From Owenia fusiformis (taxonomy: Eukaryota), in contig CAIIXF020000001.1 of NCBI GenBank assembly GCA_903813345.2, positions 10,106,001-10,170,000 on the forward strand: a stretch of DNA of 64,000 nt. The letters are read 5' to 3'. Below the pieces are notes generated by a model. The model was not told the DNA's origin and ran no database searches. It saw only the letters and a list, made by a program, of their open reading frames with translations. Below are positions 28,001-39,129 of this stretch, one piece after another (the stretch's first letter is position 1; each line of letters begins with the position of its first letter). The position numbers and the translations under genes were made by a program.

Positions 28001-31000
28001 TATTGACCACATTCGCCTGACATAAACCCACAAGATTTTTATCTCTCGGGGTACTTGAAGGATCATATGTGTATGTAACAAACCCCCAAACCACAGAACA
28101 CCTGAAGATAGAGATCACAAGATCCATTTCTGTGGGGAATGTGTTAAGGTTATCAATAACTTTACCCATAGAATGCAGGTGTACCTAACATTTAAAGAAA
28201 ATCTTATAAAGCTCATGAAACTGCATCCAGTTGAGCTAGTCATCTGAAACTTCTCGTGGAGTTGCTCCATGAAGTTCAGTTTTACTTTGCAAAAAAAGAA
28301 AGCAAGGAATCATATAGATGAAAAAGTTATTTAACATAATGTGGATGGCACTTTTTTGTGTCACCCTGTACATGTATTCTGATTGTGCATATATCCAACT
28401 GCAAAAGGTCTTTCTAAATAACTGTACCCTTCTCAGCAACCAATCTTAAACTGTGTGCCTTATTTAAACAAGTTGTCGCAAATACAAACAATTTTGTTTA
28501 GTTGATTTATTCAGAAATGATAGAGCTTTATCATAGGTAAAAAATTTAGGTGAATGAATTTAATCAAATACTGTAGTTCATCTAAATTGCTTATGCATTC
28601 TTTGTGCTTTTCATTGGAATTTATAATTTTATGTTCCAATCAGGAAAATTGAGCTACTGTGACATGCTTTAAGGATCATATAAACTTACACATTTTATTT
28701 TCCACTATATTTGGAGTCCTATAGTACAGCTCATAACATTTGTAGCAGTTACTTGATCTGAAAGACAAGATATTATCCATAAGATCAAATATTTCAGTGA
28801 TCTCCACAGCATTTAAGAAAGTGGACACAGCAACCACCTGAGATTTTGAAGATAGGCTTGCACCCACCCGAAAATCCATTTGCACCCACTTGAAAATGAG
28901 AAAAAATCATGAAAAATTGGCATATTTTGGCCAATTTTTGTCTGAATTGTGAAAATGAAAATTTTGCACCCACCTGAGAAAAAAGCCTGAGGTGATCACT
29001 ATATTTACAAGAAAATTATTTTGTGGTCAGACTTAAAAATGAATTTTATAGTTCTTCGATTCACATTCCGCACAGACACATGGTTCAATGTTTAAAATCT
29101 AAGAAAATTATGAAAAACTGATACCATACTCAAATGAGGCAATATTGTTGAAATATTATTGTTCAAACAAAGTACACTCTTACATAATTTACTAGACAAC
29201 AGCAACCCCAAACGTAGCAAATCCCATCAAACAGCCATGACTGGCATTTTTACATAACAAAAATGGCTACCTTTAAAATTGTCATTAGTCTTAGACAGTG
29301 TGACATGCTTATAGTACAGTTTTCACATACCAAATATGAACTAAATTGCTCCACTGCTTTTCGAGTAATAGTAAAATACGTTAAAATGGTGGCCATTATG
29401 AAAAATGGCCATCTTCTACCAAAAGTGTCATTAGACAGTTTGCCATGCTTATAGTATTCACACACCAAATATGAACAAAATTGCTCCACTAGTTTTCGAG
29501 TTATAGTGAACATGTTAAAATGGCCCCCATTTTGAAAAATGGCTGCCTTCTACCAAAAGTGTCATTAGACAGTGTGTCATACTTATAGTATTCACATACC
29601 AAATATGAGCAAAATCGCTCCACTACTTTTCGAGTTATAATAAAATATGTTAAAATAAAGAGTAAAGGCCGCCATTTTTCAAGATGGCTGCCATGTGCTT
29701 CTTTAATATCTAGATTTCTAGCTTTATTAATACCCTATATAATTTTTTTACACTTAAAACATATTGCTATTACAGTTTTACATATTGTACCTAAATTACT
29801 GTAAAACCGGCACCAACATGGCCGCCATTTTTAAACGAGCAGCCATTTTGAAAATCGACTTTCGAGCAGAACTTCTATCCCCATAGGGTTTATGTGTACA
29901 AAATATGAACAAAATCGGGCCAACAGTATTTGAGTTATTGCCTGGACGGATGGACACATTCCCTATATCCCTCCAAACTTCGTCTGATGGGATAATAACA
30001 ATTGAGGCTAAATTTTAATCCAAATACTAGTTCTGCCATTTAATTCAACGAAAACCATCATTTTTATATGTTTTATATTATCCATGAGTTAGTTGTTGAA
30101 TCATATACATGGTCACTGGTCAGGACTGTCAGGACTGTACTTACTGGTCATAAAACAATATTTTACTGTCAAACTTTCCATCAGCATCTATTGTCTGATT
30201 ATCATTTCTAATGTCTATACATTTGCCAGTGAAGAGCTTGTTACTGATGCCCTCTGAGTTAATAATGTGATCAATGTCTTCACCATTCTCCATTGTATAC
30301 CAGTCTCCCCAGAAGTGGTCTGGAACTGAACATGATCTAGCTCCTTGTGCATCTAGAAAATAGGAAAGAACAGATTAGATTAATAATATTAATTATATAC
30401 ACTTTATGTCGATTACAGTTAAATATTGATATACGTATCTTTAAACTGCTAAAATAGTGTACAGTCTAAGGCAGGGAAATGTAATTCTATCAAACCTAAA
30501 AAGAAACAATTAAAGGTCATGGTGTAATGCAATATAACATGAAACAAGATTTATGGAGCACCCATCCAGATACACGCATACATGCCCATCAGCACAAGTC
30601 AACCAAATAGCACTTTTCATTGTCATTCACATTTTAGGTTAAAATGTAAAAGCGCACTTATTAAAAATTGTACCTTTTGGGAATCTGCAACTGGTTAAGT
30701 ATTTTGGTTCAGTTGTAGACAGATATGTACACTCACTGATAAGTCTTCATTGCATGATGTGAAAGTTAAGGGACTCATAAACATGTTAGAAGTCATAATT
30801 TTGAAAAGGTAGAGATTTGAAAGGACATTTCAAATATTGCCACTCAAGCTTTTTTTTATTTGATTGAAATGTTGACTCATCACGTGTATATATACGTATT
30901 TAAACGTAATTGGCTTTAAAATACATATTTGGTACTCGTATATACAGTGCTGATACAAAATAATTGATAAGTCGTATAGTTGGCATATTTTCTTGAATTT

Positions 31001-34000
31001 TAACTTTTAATGTCCCAAACTGCAGAAAAGTATACACTATAAATCATATTTTCCAAAAGAGTGTCTCCAAGGCTTCATACCAACGTATGTATAATGCATT
31101 TGTCACGAGTTTGAGCTGAAATTTCGCCAAAATGAAGTAAGGGTAATATCCGCCAGGTTTGTTTACTGTGGTTAGCTTTTAGTGGTAAGTGTTCAGAAGC
31201 AAATAATTCATGTGCGCCAAATAATCAAATAATCTGATTGGTTTTAACTTTAGTGTGCATGCGCATGATGTGTGCCATGTTTTTTTTCTTGTGATTTTGT
31301 TTCGTTTCATGGAGTTTGTATTTTAGTGTAACTTCCACAAATATGGTGGACCAATGACAGAATTCACTTCGAAATTTAAGCGACCTTTTTACCTATAATA
31401 GCAAAACGTTTGTTTTATTTGTATATTCTATCTCACAGGCTGGTATCGAAAAATTTGTCCGCTGTGACGGAGCGTGCTATTTTGCATAGAATCACTAGGA
31501 AATCCACACAATTTATTTTTTTACTCATATGTTTTGCTATATCAAAGAAAATTACTGACTCCATGCAATGGATATATCATTTGCGGGTAACTTTAAATTA
31601 TGTTTGAAGTCTAACAACGTTATGAGTAAAAGCTATTGAAAACGGCGTCGGAGTATCATACTCCAAAATGTACCATTTCTTTTATTTCTTTTTAATGGTA
31701 CAATATAGCGACACGATAATATTTACATATGTTTTCAGCATAACTCTGAAGGTATTACTGAGATCTTTATGTATTGGCTATTTTTAATTTTTTTGGATAA
31801 AAAATAATAATTAATTTTTTTGTCCGCTGTGACGGAGCAGTTTCAAATCTGAAATGCGTTAAGAATTTAGATTCATAATATATTTCTTTACAACTAAACT
31901 TTAGAGGAGCGAGCGTGTCAAATCTCTTTCGTAAAGTATTCTGAAAAATGAAACGTAATAAAAGTACACAATTCAAATTCTGAGATGTATATACGACCAC
32001 TCTTTAAGCTTCTTTTCTCAGTTTGTACTGCAATCCAACTTATGCATGGTAACTCATGAAAATGATAGTCAACTTCCATTTCAGTAAAGGGTATTTGCCT
32101 TTCGTAGTGCCCTCTGTGGATCCATCCGCCTGACATGGTCATTTTTTACGGTAACTTAATTATTTGAAGTAAAATGATTTGCTGAAGATGAAGCTAAATA
32201 CATATAATGGTATGGACTGTGGATTGTTCTACCCTCTTTAGTCGTTCCAAAAGGTAAGTTGAATGTATCTTGAAATACGAAAATGCAAAATTTGATTTTA
32301 AGATCGTTCTTTATTTGACTAAGAGTTATGGCTATCTGATGCAACTACAGTAAAATATGTGTACAGTGAACACATGTGGAGCCCAACAATGTGTTCCCAG
32401 TTGGTATAGATGTTCACTCCATAGAGGCAATTTCATACAGAAGTCAGAGGAATATTTGATAAGAAGAGGTGTTCACTAGAGAAAGATATTCATTGATACA
32501 GGTTTTACAGTGCAGCACGTTTACAAAGACTTTTTTTATATATTATATTTTTTTATGCAAAACGATGAATTTCATGAATTTCAAATAATTGCAAATTAAA
32601 TCTGTATTGGGATCATCTTATATACAGTAATATAATATTATGTGGTAAAAGGTTATACATCTGTCGGCATGCACGTCTGTGCGCTATTTCGAATAAGTAA
32701 ATTCATATTAGCCCTATTTACACTACACGTGTCATTTCAAGACGTCTAGGCGAAAACGTATTAGAAATATTATGTTGAGTTTACATCATGTTGATTTCAG
32801 TACAAACCTCCGAAAAATACTAAGAGTGGTCATTTTTATATCTCAGATTTACATTACCCCATATCTCCAAGAGGCTGCTTGTCATTATTTAGGAAAGTGA
32901 TTTGTGACGTTCTCTCTTCTAAGGGTACTTTTAAAAGATATAATTTGAATCTTAAATTCTTAACTGCTCCGTCACAGCGGACAAAAAATGTAAACATTAT
33001 TTTTTATAAAAAATATTAAAAATACCCAATACATCAAGATATCATTTATACCTTCAGAGTTATGCTGAAAACATATGTAAATATTATCGTGTCACTATAT
33101 TGTACCATTAAAAAGAAATAAAACAAATGGTACATTTTGGAGTATGATACCCTGGCACCGTTTTCAATAGCTTTTACTCTTAGCGTTGTTGGACTTCAAA
33201 CAAAAGTTAAAATTACCGCAAATGATATACTCATTGCATGGAGTAAGAAATTTTCTTTGGTATAGCGAAACATATGAGTAAAAAAATAAATTGTGTGGGT
33301 TTCTTAGTGTTTCTATGCAAAATAGCACGCTCCGTCACAGCGGACACATTTTTCGATACCAGCCTGTGTATCTATCTATAAGAGTCTCAGGGGTACATAG
33401 ACAAATCCATTTTGGTAGGAGCTCTCTGTTTAGTTTGAAAACTCACCCTTTATTATTTTGTATCAGCACAATACAAACAATTTATTCCAAATTTTGTCAC
33501 TTGTGTTCTTATCAACAGCGATATGTACAGGGATAGAACATTACTGGGCCTCTAGGAAGACCAGTTTTGTACTGATAGAGGGACCCAGAATAAATATAGT
33601 TTTCAAATCAAATCAAATATCGACTGCGGTAACTCTTTCAACTTTTTAGCCAAGACTATGTTTTGGTCATAATCATTGCTTTGGTGTGTATTGCACATTA
33701 CAAATTTACTTCAGTTGGTTCTGAAAACTCTCAACATTATTTTAACACTAAATCTAAACGCTTTTATGATTACCATTTTTTAAATTCTTCAGGGAAAAGA
33801 TTTACACCTTGACCTACTTTTACCTGTGATCAATTACTTGTACTAACTAAGGCCCTTACACTATTTGCCAGTTATTTTGCCGGTTATATTTGGATTAGGA
33901 ATAAATGCAACGAGAAATTAACCTTTTTTCAAATGATTTTATAACTTTTCTAAACTTGATTGCAATTTTCAAAGATGGTTGCACAGGTGCGAAAATCACT

Positions 34001-34174
34001 TCCTGAAAGTCGTTTATCTTCCATTAATACATCTCCATACGTTTTAAAACTCACTAATTAGAACAACAATGCCAAAAGCTCATTACTTAATATAGACTTA
34101 CCTGTATAATGACATAGATGTGCAAGATATAAGACTGCAAATGCGGCCAAGCTCAAGAGTATTTTCGCCGCCAT
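22079..34174 (-). CDS. Uncharacterised secreted cysteine-rich protein (DUF7042/DUF7043/DUF7044-type, LP06548p/shavenoid-related family), probably GPI-anchored; 13 exons, 647 aa
   Basis: Exons 34174-34102, 30352-30145, 28757-28690, 27736-27653, 27248-27039, 26679-26573, 26163-26043, 24655-24433, 24111-23912, 23718-23476, 23212-23106, 22646-22505 and 22236-22079; all GT-AG and phase-compatible; 1944 nt. Signal peptide MAAKILLSLAAFAVLYLAHLC; repeated modules C..P....G.W, C...G.(F/Y)QFT, (Q/R)C.G.W...R(F/Y)RC; hydrophobic C-terminus. The family name is from recall of these motifs. Confidence 0.85.
24816..25693. mobile_element. Mariner-derived non-autonomous element with rearranged transposase fragments
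   Basis: ~58-bp TIR CTTAGGTGGTTCAAAAAGTTTTGCAG...; TA TSD. Plus strand encodes HTH2 plus KWVPKFLT; minus strand encodes an N-terminal HTH (HRNLIQCMVQNGKTLQETYELVQGAFGND). Confidence 0.9.
27781..28368 (+). mobile_element. Tc1/mariner-superfamily relic
   Basis: TIR (CAGGG)TGACACAAAAAAGTGCCATCCAC with TA at the right end. Internal fragment PHSPDINPQDFYLSGYLKD (~28007-28063) is from the catalytic domain. Confidence 0.8.
28795..29001. mobile_element. MITE, second copy of the 9680-9875 family
   Basis: Inverted homology to 9680-9875; 5-bp TSD TATTT. Confidence 0.85.
29191..29997 (-). mobile_element. Helentron-associated (HINE/DINE-1-like) element with internal tandem array
   Basis: Minus strand starts TTATTATCCCATCAGACGAAGTTTGGAGGGATATAGG...TCCATCCGTCC and ends CTAGT. 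Contains about three ~130-150-bp internal repeats (GTCATTAGACAG...ACCAAATATGA...TTTTCGAG). Confidence 0.75.
31433..33367. repeat. Long imperfect inverted repeat with ~410-bp arms
   Basis: 31433-~31850 is the reverse complement of ~32963-33367. Each arm carries GTCCGCTGTGACGGAGC twice. Confidence 0.9.
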
Positions 34175-35300
34175 TTTACCTGTTACTCATTCAGACCCCT
34201 TGCATAGTCATAAGAAATGTTTGCAAATAAGAAACAAGAAATCAAACCCAATTGTGTAACTATCTAACGTATGTTTATGTGAGGAAATGTGTCCCATAAC
34301 AATACATTCCTTGAAGATTAGCGAGAGGGTCGTTGTTGTTTGTCATTTATTTCTAAAAAAAAAAAAACTCATCATCACATGTGGGGTCCTTATTTCACCT
34401 ATTTTACCTGTATCTTATGCTGCCATCTTTAAATAAGGATAAAAGTTAAAGCATTTTATAAACCGATACATATGTAATAAGGTAATGTTATTACTGTATT
34501 ACTTTCTCTCCTAAACAATTGAATAATTTACAGCATATCAATATGGTAACTTGCACCATATTAATGATATTAATCAACGATACTTCCCAGTCTTGTGTTT
34601 TTATTGATTTAATTTTAAAAGACAGCCAGTCATCATTTCAGGATCTATAGGACCAATTTGGAATAACAAGCCTTTGTGACTCCCAACTACACATCCCATC
34701 CTTGCGTTAGGTATTTAGTCTTGTAAAGGAGGGGGGGGGGGCGTCACAGGGATTTGTAGGTAGACTAAATCAAATCTTAGGTCAATTTAGGCAGTTGCAT
34801 CTTTCAGCAAAACCATCCAAATGCAGTTTGAGCAAGATAAGAACAACCAACACATTCAGTGTATTTGGGACGAAATGAACTTGATGTAAGTGAATGCAAT
34901 TTGTTCTGGTTGTTTACCTTTTATTATTTTAAAACAGAACATGAACAGAACAACATGTTTATAATTATGTGTCGTGATCTAGATCATGCATCAATTAATT
35001 TCTATTGCTCTGCATGTCACTGATATATTGAAGGAGAAATACATTGCAAATAAATTGCCTTCTCTCAAATCATCTTTGGTAGTGTTGACAGTTCAGTGGT
35101 TATAAACAAAGAAAGGGACAATCTGTATTATTGTTTTATAACATATCATATATTTTATATATATATATCATTTCATTCATAATCAACATTTACATAATTT
35201 ACATTATATGTATCATATACATCTATTCAATTCATATAAAATTGTAAACACCATATGGAACCACACTACTAACAATACTATATACAATAATCACATATAT

Positions 35301-35482
35301 CAGGCCCGTAGCCAGGATTTGCCAAGGGGGGGTTCAGTTTTCAAAAATTTCCAGGGGGGGGTTCACATTTGACAATTTTGGCTCAAATATGGCTAAAATC
35401 ACTTGAGAAGTGCTCAAAATGGTGAAAAACCGCATGATTTTGAAATAATTTTTGGCCAGGGGGGGTTACGGCTACGGGCCTG
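35301..35482. mobile_element. MITE with CAGGCCCGTAGCC TIR and 5-bp TSD TATAT
   Basis: 13-bp perfect TIR. Related copies lie at ~51272-51401, ~55920-56000 and ~62172-62689. Confidence 0.85.
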
Positions 35483-35804
35483 TATATGAGGGTTGTTTTA
35501 ATGTAACATTTACAAGACACTTGGAAACTGATGAATACTATTCATATATCAATTTACCCCATACTAAAACAGATAATAATGCTAATTATGATAAATAATG
35601 ACCTAACATCAACTTACTTATTGAGTAACATTAGCAGTATAAAATAAAACATTTTATAAGCTTATTGCCTCTTTAAATTGTTAATTTGATATGATTATGT
35701 TTACATTATTATTATAATCAGGAAATCTAGCAGGGTGGAGAGACTTTTATTTTGTGATACCATTGATTTTTGCAATATAGAAGTCTTAGATTAGTAAAAG
35801 TTCT

Positions 35805-36047
35805 AGATTCATAATGAAGAGTTCAAATATATTGAAATACATTGATGTTTTGCCCCGATCCCTGATCTAAATTCCATTTACAATGAAATAACCATTTAGG
35901 TTTTAGTATGAAAATATATATTGAAAAACATTGATGGTTTGCCCTTATCCCTGATCTAAGCCAAAAGTCCTAGATTTAATATGAAACTACCATTCAAGGC
36001 TTTAGTATAAAGAGGAGTAAAATATATTGAAAGACATTGATGTTTTG
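35805..36047. repeat. Degenerate tandem repeat, ~2.5 copies of ~90-105 bp
   Basis: AAATATATTGAAA.ACATTGATG.TTTG occurs three times; CCCTGATCTAA occurs twice. Confidence 0.7.
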
Positions 36048-37043
36048 AAAGCAAAATCAATCAATGATATAGATAAATATGATACTGCATATTGGCAGTA
36101 TTCTATTCTAAGCAGATAAATATTCTAATATGTATATATATTTTTGGAATTCAAGAAAGTCTCAAGTCAGACTTTGGTACAAGTATCACCAGATCTTTTT
36201 TCATGAAAGACAAAAAAACTGTTGAGCTGTTGAGGGCAGACATATTTTGTATATCCTCTAAGGATACCAATCCTGGCAAGAGTGATCAGATCATTTAGAT
36301 AATATTTCTATATTATGTCAATATGAGATTGTAATATACAGCTGTCACATGTTGGTTTACTGTCTTTAATATTGTAAAAATTCATAACTTATTGTGCTCC
36401 TTTTTAAAATTGATTTAGCATACAAAATAATTCTAAGTTTGGGTCTAAAGGGGCAGCAAATGATAGTTTAACATGGTGGAATCAATATTTTCAAAAGACG
36501 TGTCAATGAGCCCTTTTTAAAATCTGAAAAAATATTGAGAGATGTCCGATTAAATATGGCAGTGTGTTGTTGTGAACTTGCACAACATGATTTTATTTAG
36601 ATTAAATGTGTAATATCATAATAAAAACTAAGGCATTTGTCAGAGTTCTTCGAATTTCTAGATATACACATGATAAGGTAATTGGTAAAAAGCTACTCTC
36701 AGCTTATCTCTCTTATTTGCTGCCTCTTTAACCCTAACCGCATATAATCTATTCACATTATAATATGCATGTACTATGGAAATAGCAAGTGATTGACACA
36801 ATGTCACATAAATAACCATATCTACTACAATAACCTATTCACCAAATAATATACAATTTCACATGCCTACAAGTACCATGGTTACAAAAAATCCACTAAA
36901 GCAGACAAAATATATGAGAAATACTCCTCAATCTGTACATTTTTTTCATTTTCTGATTCAGAGCCTGCAAAAGACAAGGTGAGGATAATATAAGCACCTA
37001 GTGCAGAGTCATCAGTCATTTTTGAATTTGAATGTATGATATA

Positions 37044-37312
37044 GGGGAAATCCGTCTAACTTCGACGATGGGGTTACTTCGTCATAGGACTATTTTGACC
37101 ATGGGGCTATTTTCGACATTTGCTCACATTTCTGATTCACGAAGTCCACCATGTTTGTTTTTGAAAAATTTTAAATCTCCAACAGGCGAGATCTTAATAC
37201 AAGATGGATGACCCCGGAAATATGAATTATCGGCAATTGTCGAAATAACCCCATGGTCGAAGTAGCCCCATGACGAAGTAACCCCATACGTCGAAATTCA
37301 ATGGATCTCCCC
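37044..37312. mobile_element. MITE with long repetitive TIRs and TA TSD
   Basis: TA|GGGGAAATCC...GGATCTCCCC|TA with GGGGTTACTTCG subrepeats; related to 57541-57797. Confidence 0.85.
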
Positions 37313-39129
37313 TACATGTATTTTAAAATCAATTAAACAGGGTTAATGAAAGTTTTAAAAATGTAATTCATTTTATAGTCACATAGTGGGCATTAAACCT
37401 CTCTCCCACATATGACATTTTGTACCACAAACATGTACATATAACATAATTTAAAACACAGCTGTTTGAATATGACTGTTGGCACCGCACCGAGGGCTCA
37501 ATTATCTGCACCAGGTGATTTTAGCTGGCTCAGACTGCACAGGGTGTCGTTGGTGACTTGAAAAATGGCAAGCCACAACTTGGTTTGATTCTTATGTACT
37601 GGATAAGCATGTAAACATTGCTCAAATAAAACAAAAGGTGATGGTCAAACTAAAAACATTTCAGATGCGTACCTGAGTTTTTACATGAAGGCAGATTGAA
37701 TATCGATTAATTTTGTAACATGCTATTTAGCACAAAGAGAAACTCGCAAAAGGTTGCCATCTATTGACCTTAGATTATTTCAACTAACTTTGCCAGTACA
37801 TCTTACAATTCCAAGGAGTATATGAATGTTGGGTGTAAAAAAGCAGACTAATTTTGGAATGATGACAAACAATATTCCATACTTTCTAGCAGATCTTATT
37901 TACAACTCTGTAAAAGATTTATAAAATACATTCAGAGTATTTATAATCTATTTTCGGAAAAATATATGTCTGAAAATTCTGTTGTGTATTAAACAGTTAC
38001 AACTGCAACCATTCACCATAGTAACTGTAGAGTGAAACATCTAATGGCATTCTTATTAAACATATATTTTAAAAAATAGTATGCTATTTGTTTTTACAAA
38101 GCTTTATAATGTACATGTATCAATATACAAATACACTTGAAATGTATTTTCTAGATTGGATAAAATTGGAATAAACGTACAAGTAGGTCAATATAAGCAA
38201 GGATGACCTTTGTATTTGGGACTCGCATCTGGGTTCTACCTTATTCCTCAAACCAAAAGCATGACATCTCAAAGAAGAAATGACAGAATTGGTACATTTA
38301 TGTCGGGCTACTTCATCAAACAAGTGCTAATTTACGCCATCATATCGTAAAATGAGACCAATGTCGTAATTATGACTATGGACTGTGGAACTATCAGATA
38401 TTAAAATACTATAGCTTGAATAATACATTCACTGGTATTTTGTTGCATTGCAATTTTATCAAAAGAGATGCTAACATCTAATTCACCGTAGTAATATCTA
38501 ACGATGTACATGTATCTGCAAAAAGTCATTTCAATAAAAAAAAATACGGATAAAAATATTTTGTTTGTATAAGTTAATGTTTCAACAAAACTATGTCAAA
38601 AACTCAGATGCGAGTAGGTAGTTACCAGTTTCACCACCAGGTGACTCATTCGGGTCAGATAACATGGCTGGTATAGTGGAAAGTTCCCCTTTAACTCAAA
38701 TATTCATCAGTTTCAGTGGTTCAATTTTCATATCAACCTTATGTATCTAATAGTTATGCAAATCAAAATATGTCCAGTGAAAGAAAATATTATCTATCCA
38801 ATACAGAAAAGATATTTCACTTTTTGTGATTTTATTTAATGACGATTATTCCTACTCGCACCTATTCTAATAAAGCTTCTGACAAAAAATTAACATTTTT
38901 AAAAAATGTAAAATAAAATCATGGTTTATACTTCCATATCATCCATTTCAATATCACAGAATTGCAGATGCAACAAAATAATACCATGGTGATGACACAT
39001 CTTTTTGATATCTCTCATTCATTTTTCTTCAAAATGTACATGTAATACTCCGCAAATATGACTATATATGATTATGGCTCCTTGTAGTCATGATGATGAT
39101 TACTTTGATGTGGTCATGGCCATTCAGAT

